Below, one piece after another: positions 1-13,479 of a stretch of DNA of 64,000 nucleotides; position 1 is the first letter of the stretch; the number at the start of each line of letters is the position of its first letter. The position numbers and the translations under genes were made by a program. The stretch comes from Chiloscyllium plagiosum (taxonomy: Eukaryota): NCBI RefSeq assembly GCF_004010195.1, contig NC_057719.1, positions 63,574,602 through 63,638,601 on the forward strand. Direction: 5' to 3'. Below the pieces are notes generated by a model. The model had not been told where the DNA came from. It made no database searches and worked only from the letters and a program-made list of their open reading frames with translations.

Positions 1-336
1 TTTCCCTTGTCATTTAATTGGTTAAATTAGTGGATTGCTGATACTGAAATAGGATAGGTAGTAGGACTATAATTGTGTTTCAAACTGTTTGGGTTCCCCT
101 GCCTAAAGCTGAAAGTGCATACTAATATGTATATAGTCTTGACTGCAAGGCTTCTTGAGACTGAATACCCTGTTAGAACTTACTAGCTCAGCTCACACAT
201 GAAGATGAATGGTTTAGTGAGGTACTGAAAGCCACTTGGTTGTGATGAGACTATAGTCCAGGAGAAATCAAGTGATGAGTAACATGTTGACAGAAAAGAG
301 AAAGGGTAGGAGTCTTATCCAAAGGTGGTATTTTGA

Positions 337-459
<123 letters not shown>

Positions 460-999
460 TAAGTCTAACACAGGCAACATAAAAGTTCATGTGTAACTTA
501 AGCAATTAGACATCAAATTTGGAATAATAATGTGTCTGCTTCAAAACAAGTCAAGTTTATTGTAATAGAAATGCTATTCTACTGAATAGGTATTTTCCAT
601 GTTTTTACTTTGTACTTAAAAGCTTGGAGAGGTGACCTCAATAATTCTGTGGTGTCATTCTCTGAGGACTCAGAAAGAACTGTTAAGGCCATAATTAACT
701 TTACGAATGCTGGAAAAGTGAATGGGCCATTTATCTTCCTAGTAATGTGAACAATGTCAGTGCCATTGAAAATATTTGCAGTGTTAAATTTCCTATTTGA
801 ATTAAGTGTCACCAGATCTGAGAGAAAATAAATGACCTAAAATATCCTGATAATTGTGAATAGATCATTGAAAGAAACATTGTTTGCAATTTAATTTGAA
901 CTGACATTTTCATGCTGCTTTGTTTTTATACAATGCACCAAGTAGATTTGAAAAAAAAGTCCATGATTATGGGATTCTGCCAACATTTTTGAAAAAATT

Positions 1000-1260
1000 A
1001 TTTCATAGGATGTGGGAATTGCTAGCTAACCTACCAATTATTGCTCATCCCTAATTGATCTTGAGAAGATCATGGTGAGCCACCTTTTTGAAGTGTTACA
1101 GTTGATGGGGTGCAGTAACATCCACAGTACTGTTAGGTCAGAGTTCCAGGATTTTGACACAGCAACATTGAAGGAACAGCAACAAATTTCCAAATCAGGT
1201 TAGTGTATCACCTGGAGGGGAATTTGCAGGTGGTGATGTTCCTGTGTCTTTCTGTTGTCT
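1000..1260 (-). mobile_element. Old CR1/L2-group LINE 3' fragment (family B)
   Basis: Similar to 41030-41300 and to the reverse complement of 56700-56960. Confidence 0.6.
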
Positions 1261-3214
1261 TTCAAGATATTAAAGACTGTTAACTTAGCCAGTTCAAAAG
1301 CATGTGATTGGGCAGCACTGGGGTGATTCATCAAACAAGGTTGAACAATTGCAGATGGAGGGGCTAACATGGAATAGCTCACTGCATTTAAAATTTTAGA
1401 CTTGTTCCTCATCCACTACTAGCACACAGTGGCAGCAGTGTGTACCATCTATAATTTCTATTAAAACTAACCAAAAATCCTTTGACAGTGACTTCTACAA
1501 ATGCAACCTGTCAAAATGAATCCAAAGCACTATGACACAGAAACCAAAACACAGTTTTTTGGGGGGATATGGTTTATTAACTACACAGTATTTCAGCTCT
1601 TTTCACGTACTGCCTGATCCCCCTTTATATCTACCAGTCATCTAATTAATTAATTAACCTTTAAGTTGTTCTGGATTGCATTGCTTTTCTTGAGTTGGTT
1701 GGAGGCATTGATTTTTTCGAGAGGATTGCTTGATGAAGCTGTATGTGGGAGGGTGTTTGGACATCTTCCTTTTCTCTTTCTGCTCAGTTCATCCTCAGTC
1801 ATGCACTTATACTTGAGGAAAATCTTGTGATTTCAGACTGACATTCAGCTATTGCTTTCTTTTGACATTACGTGAAAGTCTGTGGTTATGTTTCCTTTTC
1901 CATACCTCCCTAAATAGACTGGAGCCCTGAGTCTGATAGGGTGTGGTCCTGGAGCTGTCCATCACATTCCTGTTGTGCTTGTGCCTGGTCCAGCACTTAA
2001 ATTGACAACCCAGATAAAATAATGTGAAGATTAGGATCATCAGCACTGAGTGATTCAGTGCACATAAGAGAGCAGCTGCAAGTAGAAAGGATAACTTGGG
2101 AACTAGCTCACCAGATTTAAAATGTGTGATCTAGCTAAAGAGAACAACACGCTATAATTTAGATGTATCTCTTTTAAAGAAAGATGCTTTTGATGCATCG
2201 TTAATTCCTGTCTGCATTGGATTGAGTGTCAGGGAGCTTCTAAGCATGTGTGCTGCCAACATGTATGGGATTCTCCTGCTGTAATGGCCACATTTCCATC
2301 AGCAATGGAGTATTGGTCCCTCAGAGGTTGATGCAGCACCTCTGGCATAGAACTGTGGGCTAATGTCATCTTTCAAGAAACTTATCCTGGGGCTATTCAA
2401 CCTGCATGCCTCCCTCCAACATTAGTCCGGGCAATCAAGTAGGCTTCAGTCGCTTAATGGATATCCTGCAGTCGACTGCCTCTTGAAGCATTTGGAGTAC
2501 TGTTCTACAGTCTGTTAGCAAGGAGCAATGTTAAGGATTGCAACATCTTTGCTTCACTTCGGAGCAACAAACAGCACATCAGAACCCATGAAATCCCTAG
2601 CATCAGATAACAAGTTAGATCAGACTGGCTTTCTTAAGCCTGAGCTTTGCAAAGGCCTTAGCCATAGTCCCCTTATGAGCCTCTGACTGAAATATAGCAA
2701 CGTTTCCCCTTTTACTGAGATGGAACCTTGTCGGAGCATAAGCGTAGGTAAGAAAGCAATTAAAGTGGATAGTTTTGGCACATCCAAGGGTTGTAATTAG
2801 AATGCACACATTCCTGTAAGCAAGTAAGCAATCATGTGCATAAAAAGTTCCCCGCTAGCTAATGTTTTGCAGTGTTAGTTGACATAGTTATCAATGCTGT
2901 TACTTGGACATGTAAAAGTGTACCTGAGAATGGAAGCATTAGAGTGTTGTTAGATTTGACGATGATTGCAGGGCAGCAGGGGATATTCAGCTGATGAGCT
3001 GCTGCTGAAGATCTCTAGCTGCAGGCAAGTGATGGACCCCTCCACTTTGCCTCCCTCATTTCACGCTGGCACACAAGATAAAAGTATAATGGAAATTGAG
3101 GGCAAAGCAGGCTCAGACCTACATGATGTGTGACTGCTGATCAAGCACCATTTATACATCAGTGGAGTTAGGTGAAGCATCTGCAGAAAGAGAGACAGAG
3201 AGAGAGAAAAACAG

Positions 3215-3400
3215 CTGCATGTATACCACCTTCAATATCCCAAACTGCTTCAAAGCACTTCACAGCCAATTAAGTATTTTTGACGCACAATCACTGTTGT
3301 AACGTAGGAAAGGCAGGAACCATTTTGTGCACAGCAAACTCCAATAGTAGGCAGTGTGATAATGATCAGGGAATCTGCTTTTGTAATGTTTGAAGAATAA
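3215..3400 (-). mobile_element. Deu-domain SINE fragment (SacSINE1/AmnSINE1-like), 3' part
   Basis: aaagcacttcacagccaattaagtatttttga...cactgttgtaacgtaggaaa...tgtgcacagcaaactcc resembles the Deu core as recalled. It appears to resume at ~3945 after a CR1 insertion. Confidence 0.6.
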
Positions 3401-3439
3401 TTTTAATCTGCAGATCTTGTACGATACATTTGTGAAACC

Positions 3440-3940
3440 TAAGCTAAAGTATAATGCATGTTTCTGGATGCCACATTATAGGAAAGATGTGAAGGTATTG
3501 AAGAGATTTACAAGAATTGTTCCATGGGTGAGAAACTTCAGTTATTAGAATAGTTTAGAGACACTGGGACTGCTAGCCTTGCAGAGAAGAAGAGTTCTGA
3601 CAGAAGTCCTCAAAATCATAAGGGTGATTAAATACAGCTGATAGGGATAAACTGTTCCTGCTTGTAAAAGATCAAGAACAAGAAGGCACAGATTTAAAGT
3701 GATTTGCAAACGAAGCAAATGTGATGTGAGAGAATTTTATTTTCACAACATTACGAGTGGTTTGGGTCCAGAATGCACTGCTTGGCGGGGCAATGGAGAC
3801 AAGTTCAAATAAGAGGGTATTGGATAATAATTTAAATAGAAAGAATGTGTAAGGAGAAAAAGGCAGGAGAATGGCACTAAGTCATTTGGAGGGCTTACAC
3901 AAACATGATCAGCTGAATGACCTCCTTTTGCACTGTATGC
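3440..3940 (+). mobile_element. Degraded CR1 LINE 3' end
   Basis: Remnants of WMPHYRKDV and RTRRHRFK motifs followed by a CR1-type 3' UTR. Confidence 0.75.
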
Positions 3941-3944
3941 CTTT

Positions 3945-4161
3945 GGTAGTTCTTTGAATAAATGTTAGCCAAAACATTAAGGATAGCTGCACTGCTGTTC
4001 CTTGAAATAATACCATGAGATCTTTCACGTCCATTTGAGGAGGCAGACAGAGTCTTTTTAGTCATCTCCAATTTGCATGACTGCACTGGGTTGTCAGCTG
4101 TGATTTCTGTGCTGAACTCCTGGAATGGGATTTTGAGGCCAGAGCTATCTGACTCAGTGAG
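3945..4161 (-). mobile_element. Deu-domain SINE fragment, 5' part
   Basis: ctgttccttgaaataataccatgagatctttcacgtccatttgag... continues the element at 3215-3400. Confidence 0.5.
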
Positions 4162-4163
4162 TA

Positions 4164-4487
4164 CAGGTAGACAATCCTTTATCCGAAATTCCAAAATCCG
4201 AAGTTTTTTATGTAAAGTTTTTTTTTCTCCATAACAAGATTGTTTGGCGTGCAAACAGTTAACCCAACTCAATACCCACTTGACCCACATCATTCAGATG
4301 TGACATGGTTCAACACTGACTAGCATCGATTCTGTCTCAACGTCCGTAGTAATCATGGGTGGGTCTGGTGTTCGGTAATTTTTTAAATATATAACTATAA
4401 AAATGTCATTTAATCCTTTATCCGAAAAATTCCGAAATCCGAAGGACAGCTGGTACCGAAGATTTCGGATAAAGGATTGTCTACTTG
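4164..4487. mobile_element. Tc1/mariner (Tigger/pogo-like) MITE, 324 bp
   Basis: 26-bp terminal inverted repeats caggtagacaatcctttatccgaaat (25/26 match), TA on both flanks, no ORF. Confidence 0.9.
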
Positions 4488-4504
4488 TACTACCAACTAA
4501 AAGG

Positions 4505-4725
4505 TGAAGATAAAGTTACCATGGTCCGACTGGATCATAGGGCTGATCTCTCATTAGTAAGTAATGAGTGAAGGTGAGTTAATCCGAGGGTCACCATGCA
4601 TCAGGCAAGGGGCTAGGTTGAGAAGGTGAGACCTTCATGCTAACCTCAGTCAGTGCGAGAGTTGAACCCACACTGTGATGTTATTCTGCAAAGCAAACAG
4701 TCATCCAGCCAACTCAGCTAACCAA
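4505..4725 (-). mobile_element. tRNA-derived SINE (unnamed family)
   Basis: Reverse strand shows A-box-like tggttagctgagttgg and B-box-like gggttcaactc. Confidence 0.45.
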
Positions 4726-5759
4726 CTCTCATGGCTTCTAACAAAGCTGCAACTCATGCAAATCACATACCAGAGCACTGATTTTGGAGAAAGCTGCGAT
4801 CTGTGAACCTGACCGACCAATCTTCCTAATTCCAGTTGTCCACAGAAAAAACGATGAGCAGACGTGGCATATTTAAGAGAACATTGTATTGCTGATAGTT
4901 TTTGGCACATCTTGAAAACAGCCGGAGGAAAGGAACTTCAGGGCTGCAGTGACCTTAATGAAACAGGCAATGCCACACTAACTATGACCATTGAATGTGC
5001 ATGTTGTTGTTTTAAAAAAAAATGACACAACTCTGAGTCACCTTTGTTCCTCCCTGTGGTAGCTAAGCCCTTATCACATGTTCTATCTAGATTGCAATCA
5101 TCAGAAGAAACCTCATGAAGAAAGTCATATTCTATCCACAACTTCTCAAGTTTTTAAAATAAACTACATAACAAAAATATGTACTGTTTAATATGAGGCA
5201 ATTTTTTTCTCAAAACATGCCAACTGAAAGCAGGTGATGGTCTACTCACTTACCACTGTGACCTGCTGTCTCCTGTCCCATTAGGCAATTGATGAGTCAA
5301 CAGTTCTCCAGGTCTTTGAAAACCTTTTCCGAGGCCAGCCACAACCAGCTTGTGCCCAAACTGCCATTCCCCCCATCACCTGCTGTGATGATTCTGTCCT
5401 GCCCCTGTACTTCACTCACACATTGATTGATAGCTGCACATTGCTTGCCCATTCCTCATCTTCTCAGTGACCATGATCTTCTAATCCCTCATCCTCTGTC
5501 TGCCTCTGCTCTTGATGTGGAATCTCTGCACTGACTTGACTTATTATTGGTGAGACTTGAGTGTTTAAATTACACTGTTTCAGACCACTGCTGAGTGTTT
5601 TCACACCAGTGTGTCAAATGTTTGGACCTGTCACAGCCACCTACCCCACCAGCTGAGTACATTTAGACCATTAATATGATCCTTGCACATATGAATCCCC
5701 TCAGCTCCATTGATCACATTTGATATTTGTCCTGGCATTTGCCTCACTCCATGTTTTCT

Positions 5760-6140
5760 TTGCCTAACTCCTCTAATTTCATGAATGTTTTCATATCCTC
5801 CCTTCTACCCACATTTCTGGAATTATCTCCAACTTTTAAACCCTTATATTCTTCTAACCTCTCCCTCTTCCCACGATCTGATCCTGTCTCCTTCCCTTTC
5901 ACATGCCTTCACCCAGTCTCTTCTTTCCTCCTTCTTCAAGCCTTCTCTTCTCCACATCACGGCTTGTTCTTTTATCCTCTCACTTTTGATGTCTCTCTCT
6001 TGCTTCTTTCTCTAGCTGTTTTCACCATCTACTGTTCCTTTCTTGTCCCATGTGTGCTATCTTTTCCTCTCTTCTTCTCTTCTGTTCTATCAGGTCTCTC
6101 CTGATTGTTTCATCTTCTTCCTCCAGCTTTCTCCCCATCT
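5760..6140 (+). repeat. C/T-rich low-complexity tract
   Basis: Strong pyrimidine skew over ~380 bp. Confidence 0.6.
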
Positions 6141-8177
6141 GTAATTCTATTTAAACCAAATACTATGATTTCTCTGGCTCCTTGAGCAATGTAATTGAAA
6201 CTACAATGAAACAAAGGTGCAAACATTAATCGTTAAATTTTAGATAGTGCACAATTGCTTAAATGTCAATTTCAAGAGTTGGTGTCCTACACAATGTGTT
6301 CTACTTTATTGGCATCATACTCTGCCTTCTAATAATGACTGATGTTTGATTATTCTTTGAGGGTTTCTGTGGCAAGAATAAAACTAAGTTTTCTGCATAT
6401 TTGGAGGAGATGTCAAAAGAAAAATGACAGTTGTCTGCACAATTGATCTTGGAATTTAGCAGAATAATCAATTCAGTTGTGAAACTAATAATTACTTTAA
6501 AATTATTAATTTTATTGCTGAAAAAAATACATATTGTGGAAAGTTTTCATCTTGCACTTTTCAGGACAGGTGCAAAAATACTAAATTTCAAAGAGAACAG
6601 CAGTCTACACTGGATGAGAAAGGGTACTGATTGGTTCTGCAGAGAAACACTCAATAAGCTTCAGAGGAATGTTACCAAATAACGTTTGGCACAAAGCCAC
6701 AAAATAATAGACTAGACCAATTTATCAAAGGTTTTCTGAAAGAAGGTAAATATTTATAATTATAATAGCAGCTTTCATAATTTCAGGACATTTTAATTGG
6801 GTTTACAACCATTGACCTTTTAAGGTGCAATCACATTTGCAAAACAGGAATTACATCATCCAAACTGCAATCAGTGACAAACAGCAATGTAACAATGATA
6901 AGTAATCTGTTTTGTTGAGGGATAAATGTCTTTTTAAACCGTTCAGAAATCTTCAGATTTCTCTCATCTGCTGTAATCGACTGTAAAAGCTAATATTGAT
7001 GTCCGAGAAATACCATTAACAGTTCTTCCTTACTAAGCATCTTCACACCTTTAAGAAATTCACCAGGACTTGCATTCACTACCTTGAGAGCATTCAAATA
7101 TTAATGGAAATCATTTCTTCCCAAATTAGAATACAGAATATTGTTACTCCAGCACAGTTTTGCTTGGAAGCGATATAAAACTTTGGTGAAGTAATTCAAG
7201 GCAGATCAATGAACTGTGACTTTATTCTCTTCTGCACTGAGGTAGTGTAGCCTCGATTAGAATAATTAACCTTGCTTGTTTACTAGACGATTTATTGAAT
7301 ATTTGCTGCATCTCCTGTCAAGTTCAGACCAAGAGAAATATCAAATAATAATTCTTAAAGGTGAAAAATCACTGTTCATGTTTATTTACAAATAAAGTGG
7401 TTCCTGAATCAAAAACATGATTTAGCCAGCCCAATTTGTACCACATACAAAATGTGCTGACTGTTTTTGAAACACCTTACCTATTCACGGGCTATCTTGG
7501 GCAGCTCAGTGGCTAGCACTGTTGCCTCAGTAGGTTCTCTTTCCAGCCTTTCTTAAATAAAGGTACAACATTAAACACCCACCAGTCATCTTGTGGCTAT
7601 GGATGAAGCAAATATCTCTGCTAGGGGCCTCACGATTTCCTCCCTAACTTCCCACAAAGCCTGGAATGTAATTGATTGGGTCCCGGAGAGTTACATTCCT
7701 TTATGTTTTTTAAGACTTCCAGTACCTCCTCTTCTGTAGTATGGACCAGTTTGAAGATATCAATATTTATTTCCCCAAGTTCCTTAGCCTCTCTGTTTTC
7801 CTCCATAGTATAAACTGAAGTGAAATATTCATTTAGTATCTCTTCCATCTATTGTGGTTCCACACACAGACGATCTTATTGATCTTTAAGGGGCCCTGTT
7901 CTCTTGTTAATTTTTTTTATCCTTAATGTATGTGTAGAATCTCTTTGGATTATCCATAGCATTATCTGCAAAGGCTACCTCATATTCCCTTTTTGCCCTC
8001 CTAATTTCCTTCTTAAGAATACTCCTACACCCTTTATACTCTTCAAGAGATTCACTTGATTCCAGTTGTCTATAGCTAACATTTACCTCCTTAATTTTGA
8101 CCTGAGCCTCAATATCTTTATTCATCCAGTGTTCCTCAGTCCTACCAGCCTTCCCTTCACTCTCATAGGAACGTAAT

Positions 8178-8509
8178 GGGTGGCATGGTGGCTCACTGGT
8201 TAGCACTGCTGCCTCACAGCGCCAGGGACCTGGCGACTGTCAGTTGGAATTTGCACATTCTCCCTGTATCTGTGTGGGTTTCCTCCAGGTGCTCCGGTTT
8301 CCTCCCACAGTCCAAAGATGTGCAGGTTAGGTGAACTGGCCATGATAAATTGCCCATAGTGTTCAGGGATGTGTAGGTTAAGTGCATTTGTCATGTGAAA
8401 TGTGGAATAATAGGGTTGGGGAATGGGTCTGGGTGGGATACTCTTCAGACGATCGGTGTGGACTTGTTGGGACAAATGTCCTGCTTCCATCCTGTAGGGA
8501 TTCTATGAT
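8178..8509 (+). mobile_element. HE1-type V-SINE
   Basis: tRNA-like head, V-domain (gggtttcctccaggtgctccggtttcctcccacagtccaaagatgtgcagg) and CR1-like tail. Confidence 0.9.
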
Positions 8510-9233
8510 ATAATACCTCTTAACTTTCATTATTTTACTTCTGAAAGCCTCTCATTTGCCAGTCATCCTTTTACCTGCGAACAGATACCCGAGTCAACTT
8601 TTGAAAGTTCCTGTCTCATGCCATCAAAATATGTCTTACTCCAGTTGAGAACTTTAACTTTTATAGAAGTCTTATCCTTTTCCATAACTATTTTAAAACT
8701 AATAAAATTATGATCACTGGTCCAAAAGTGCTTCCCCGCTAACGCCTCAGTAACTTGTCTGGCCTTATTTCCCAAGAGAAAATTAAGTTTTGCTCCTTCT
8801 TCAGTCGGTACATATTGATAAAAAAAAGTTTCTTGAACGCATTGAACTAATTCCTCACCAGCACCTAACTCTAAAACAATTCAAGTCAATGTCTGGAAGG
8901 CTAAAATACTCTACTACTACAACCCTATTATTCTTATATATATCTGAAATCTCTCCCACTGACTATTGAGCGGTCTATGACATAAAGTGACCATCCTCCT
9001 CTTATTTCTGACTTCCACCCAGTGAACAATTCCTTAGAAATATCCCCTCATAATACAAGAATAATGTTTTCCCTTATCAAAAACACCTCACCCCTCTTAT
9101 CTTGCCTCCCTTTCTATCCTTCCGAAAATATATAAATCCCAAAATACTGAGCTGCCAGCCCTGTCCCTCTCTCAACTATGTTCTTTGCCATGTTATCATA
9201 CATACCCTGTGTTCAACTGCCTTTCCTGTAAGA

Positions 9234-10636
9234 GTTAGAAATCACATAACACCAGGTTATAGTCCAACAGGTTTATTTGAAAGCACTAGCTTTCTGAGCG
9301 CTACTCCTTCAGGTGGTTGTGGTGGATAAGATCATAAGACACAGAATTTATAGCAAACGGTTAAAGTGTCATACAGTGATATATTGAACAAACCTGGATT
9401 GTTAAGTCTTTCACCTTTTAGAATGCAGGTTTCAGTTCTTAATATGTAAATCTCAGAACTACTTTTAAGTCACCTTCTCGAGATAACTTAAGATTTTATA
9501 ACAAAAGATGACATTTCAGCTCAGACAATGCATTAAAAGTGTGAAGTCAGAGTCTGTCTGTATCCCAATCTTGAGTCAGACTGGTTTTATTTCCAAAGTG
9601 GAATTTACAAAATATTACATAGATTGACTGCCTGCAGATTTTGAATTTTTTGAGCAAAATAGAATGTATCTGCAAACATAATTCTGCAAATACAAATTCA
9701 CCCCATATATAAAAATATGTGTGTGTGTATGTGCACATGAGAGAGTGTGTTTGCATGTGTGAAAGCTTGGTAAAGTGGGTGTGGTGGAGTATAAGCCTGT
9801 GAGCGGGTCTGTGCTGGGTGTGAGTGTGGTGGTTATATGTATGTGTGTGTATGAGAGAGGGTCTGCATGAGTGTGAGAGTATGTCCGAGTGTGTGTGTGT
9901 ATGTGTGCTTGTGTGAGAGTGTGTGCAGTGTAGTGGGGTTTCCTGTAGTGCAACATGAACCCAAGGTTGAGGCCATCATCATGGGTACCAAACTTGGCTA
10001 TCAGCCTCTGCTTGGCCATTTTGCATTGTTGCATATTCCAAAGACTGCCTTGGAGGACGGTTACCTGAAGATCCGAGGTCTCTGACCGCTGAAGTGCTCC
10101 TCGACTGGGAGGGAACACCCCTGTCTGTTGTTTGTGAGGTGTCATAACGTCAGCTTGGTCTTGCCAATGTACCATGCCTCAGGGTATCCTTGCCTGCAGC
10201 GTATGAGATAGACAAAGTTGGCCGAGTCACATGAGTACCTGCTGAATACACGGTGGGTGGTGTCCTGACAGGTAATGGTGGTATCTGTGTCGACACTCTG
10301 ACATGTGTTGCAGTGGTTGACAAGACAGAGTTGTATGGTGCTATGGTTGATGTTGTCCTGAAGGCTGTGCAGTTTGCTGCGAACAATTATCTTTTGAAGG
10401 TTTGGTGGTTGTTTAAAGTTGAGAAGTGGAGGCGCAGAGAAGGTCTTCACTGGATGATACTGTAATCTTTTGCTATAAATTCTGTGCCTTATGATCTTAT
10501 ACTACACAACTACCTGACGAAGGAGCAGCGCTCCGAAAGCTAGTGCTTCCAAATAAACATGTTGGACTATAACCTGGTGTTGTGTGGTTTTTAACTTTGT
10601 CCATCCCAGTCCAACACTGGCTCCTCCACATCATAA
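9234..10636 (-). mobile_element. Penelope-like element (5'-truncated) with inverted pseudo-LTRs
   Basis: GIY-YIG remnant (NFVYLIRC...AWYIGKT), inverted arms 9234-9370 and 10454-10595, flanking duplication tttcctgtaaga at 9222-9233 and 10637-10648, TG-rich UTR. Confidence 0.92.
10511..10545 (+). ncRNA. Minimal type I hammerhead ribozyme motif
   Basis: uac-CUGACGA-a-GGAGC agc GCUCC-GAAA-GCUA-gug, with palindromic AGCU at stem III. Confidence 0.7.
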
Positions 10637-11504
10637 TTTCCTGTAAGATCCCTTGCATTGAAATAAATGCAATTTAATTCTTCAGAGTTACTTCATTTTT
10701 GGCAACATACCATCCTGAATTCACACTCAAGTCACAGAATCTCCTGTCTGTGCCCCTGACACATGACTCCCATGTAACAATTACACTTTTGAACCTTGAC
10801 AGAACCCATTTAACAGAAGATTGATTCTTGGTGCCTAAGATCTGGTTGCCACTTCTATTTGCCTCTGGGAGATTATTCTTCCCAACAATACCCAAAAAGG
10901 GTGTATTTGTTTGAGAGAAGAATAGCCACTGGAGACTCCCGCACTACCTTCTTACCTGTCCTGACAGTCACCCATCTATCTGACTGAAACTGCACTGTGA
11001 CCACCATTGTAAATCTTCTAACCATCACACTCTGCTTTCTGGGTGCTCCTCAGTGAGTCCAACTACTGGTCTGATATGAGACGAATCCAAACATACCTCC
11101 TGTAGACATAGTCTCCAGGGACTGTTAATTGTTCCCTAAACTTTCAGATCCAACAGGAAGAATATACCACTCTATCAACTGCCACAATTGCCTCTTCAGA
11201 ATTTGCTGATGGAGACTTGCTAAAAAAGACTCAAATGTTTATCATTTCCAGTGTTTGTAAACTGATTGCTGCTGACACACGATGCTGTGAGAACTTAAAT
11301 CCTACATTCTATATTATAATGCCTGAAAGTAGAAACTCTAAACGCAACCTAAAAATATACTACCTCTCCCTTACCCACAGTTTTTAATTTTAAGCATGCA
11401 AAATCATTTGAACAAATGATAAGTATCCTATACTTGAGCCTTATGGATTATGGAAAGTATTTGAAGGAATGTCAGTTGAATTTTTTTTTTAAGTTCAGTT
11501 ATAT

Positions 11505-11610
11505 GGGAGATGATGGCCTAGTGGTATTATCAAAGGACTGTTAATCCAGAGAACTGAGTATTGTTTTGGGCACCCAGGTTCAAATCCTGCTATGGCAGTT
11601 GGTGCAATTT
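11505..11610 (+). mobile_element. tRNA-derived SINE head
   Basis: A box tggcctagtgg and B box ggttcaaatcc. Confidence 0.6.
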
Positions 11611-12354
11611 GGAGAAAGTGAGGACTGCAGATGTTGGAGATCAGAGTCGCGAGTGTGGTGCTGGAAAAGCACAGCAGGTCAGGCAGCATTTGAGGAGTAA
11701 GCGAGTCAACGTTTTAAGCATAAGTCCTTCATCAGGTAGTTGTGAGTGTGAGGGAGAGAGAGAGGGTGGGGAGGGTTGAGGGGGGAGGGTGGGCAAGGAA
11801 AGCTGAGATTGCGATAGGTAGATGAAGGTTTCAGAGAACATCACTGGGATACACGCATGACCCTGTGGTCGAACATTTCAATGCCCCCTCCCGCTCCACC
11901 AAGGACATGCAGGTCCTGGGGGTCCTCCACCGCCAAATTCTAGCCACCTGATGCCTGGAGGAAGAACATCTCATCTTCCACCTGGGGACTCTCCAGCCAC
12001 ATGGAATCAGTGTTGATTTCACCAGTTTCCTCATCTGCCCTCCTCCCACCGCATCTCAAATCCAACCCTCCAACCCGGCACTACCCTCTGGACTGTCCAT
12101 CTTCAATCCCACCTATCTGCTGCACCCTCCATTCTGACCTGTCACCCCACCTTCACCTACCTATCACATTCCCAGCTACCTTCTCTCCTCTCCTCCCACC
12201 CGCCCCGCCTCCGCCCCGCCACACAACTTTATCTCTCAGCCCCCTTGGGCACCCCCTCACATTCCTGATGAAGAACTTATGCTTGAAACGTCGACTCTTC
12301 TGCTCCTCTGATGCTGCCTGACTGGCTGTGCTTTTCCAGCACCACACACTTTGA
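11611..12354 (+). mobile_element. Penelope-like fragment with inverted pseudo-LTRs
   Basis: gtggtgctggaaaagcacagc...gctgtgcttttccagcaccac arms, C-terminal GIY-YIG remnant (HFNAPSRS...LEEEHLIFHLGTLQPHGI), degenerate hammerhead at 12265-12292. Confidence 0.85.
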
Positions 12355-13169
12355 ATCCAGAATTTTGACCCAGTAATAGTGAAGAAACTGAAATCTAGTT
12401 TCAAGTCAAGATGATCTATTACTTGAAGGGGAATTTGTAAATGCTGTTGTTCCCATGCATTCTAATTCATTATGTGGTGGAGATCAAGAGGTTGGATTAT
12501 GCTGTCAAAGAGCCTTGGTAGGTAGATGGTACACTGTGCTGCAAATGAGTCATCAATTTAAGGAATGGATTTTGAAGATGGTGGTTGTGGTGCCAATCAA
12601 GCAGCTGTTTTCTCCTGGATGGAACTTCTTGAGTATTGCTGGTACTATATTCATCAAGACAAGTGGAGGGCATGCTACGCTCAGCATTGATCCAAATGGT
12701 TTGTATTGATACATAAGTTCCACATAAATCTTTTCACTCCACCTATCCTGTTATTTTTCTTTTTGTTGTCTTATTGTTAGGGCTAGTCTATTTACCTCAC
12801 CAATTATGACTTATCACATGTTGTTGATGGTTAGGAAACTTGGCAATGAGGATGTTGTTAAAGATCAAGGAGAGGATGAAATTTTCACCTCTACCTCTGT
12901 GTTATAGTATTTTATAAATTAAATCAGCCCAAAATATTTTGCTTTCAGTGGAACCAGAATGTACAGCCCAAATAACCTACTTACACATTATTTGGCCTGA
13001 TTACATTTTTAGAAAAATTACAGTTGTTCCATTTGGTCTATTCTTAATATACTAAACTTCAGATTTGGTTTGTGTGAAAATGATTTTGAAAAACAGAAGT
13101 AAGTATTCTATAACTCTTTTCTGTTATTATAGAAAGTAGTATGTGTGTTTTTTCATTCTTGGGAAAGAA

Positions 13170-13315
13170 GTGCAGATGCTTAAAATCAAAAACAAAAACA
13201 GATGTTGAAGGAAGTTCGGAGGAAGGGTCACCAGACCCGAAACATTAACTCTGATTTCTCTTCTCAGATACTGTATGACCTGCTGAGCTTTTCCAGCAAC
13301 TTCTGTTTTTGTTAT
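13170..13315 (+). mobile_element. PLE pseudo-LTR remnant (older family)
   Basis: ggaagggtcaccagacccgaaac hammerhead-like stem followed by gacctgctgagcttttccagc. Related remnants near 13870, 20030, 31640, 35170, 43060 and 45460. Confidence 0.65.
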
Positions 13316-13479
13316 CAAAATGGGAGTTGATTTACTTGAGCCCTAATTATTAAAGAATTGTTGAATGAGCATCCAGAAAAACCTATATTTTGAAATGTTT
13401 ACTGGACCAGGTATAGCACATCGAGACTCTCCAGTTAATGGGAACAGTAATTTGTGTTACTGAGTTAGTTGTAAATAAT

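Larger units (their letters stand above)
7535..11180 (-). mobile_element. Degraded CR1 LINE interrupted by an HE1 SINE (8178-8509) and a PLE (9234-10636)
   Basis: Minus-strand ORF pieces EILNEYFTSV...SPGP, NPKRFYTYIK and SDHNFISFKI...LNWSK are typical of CR1 ORF2. Confidence 0.8.

Noticed and set aside
5727..6104. Hydrophobic 125-aa ORF
   Set aside because: Translation of a C/T-rich low-complexity tract.
8178..8250. tRNA genes (also 11505, 19462, 48385)
   Set aside because: These are tRNA-derived SINE heads with no complete cloverleaf and are followed by SINE bodies.
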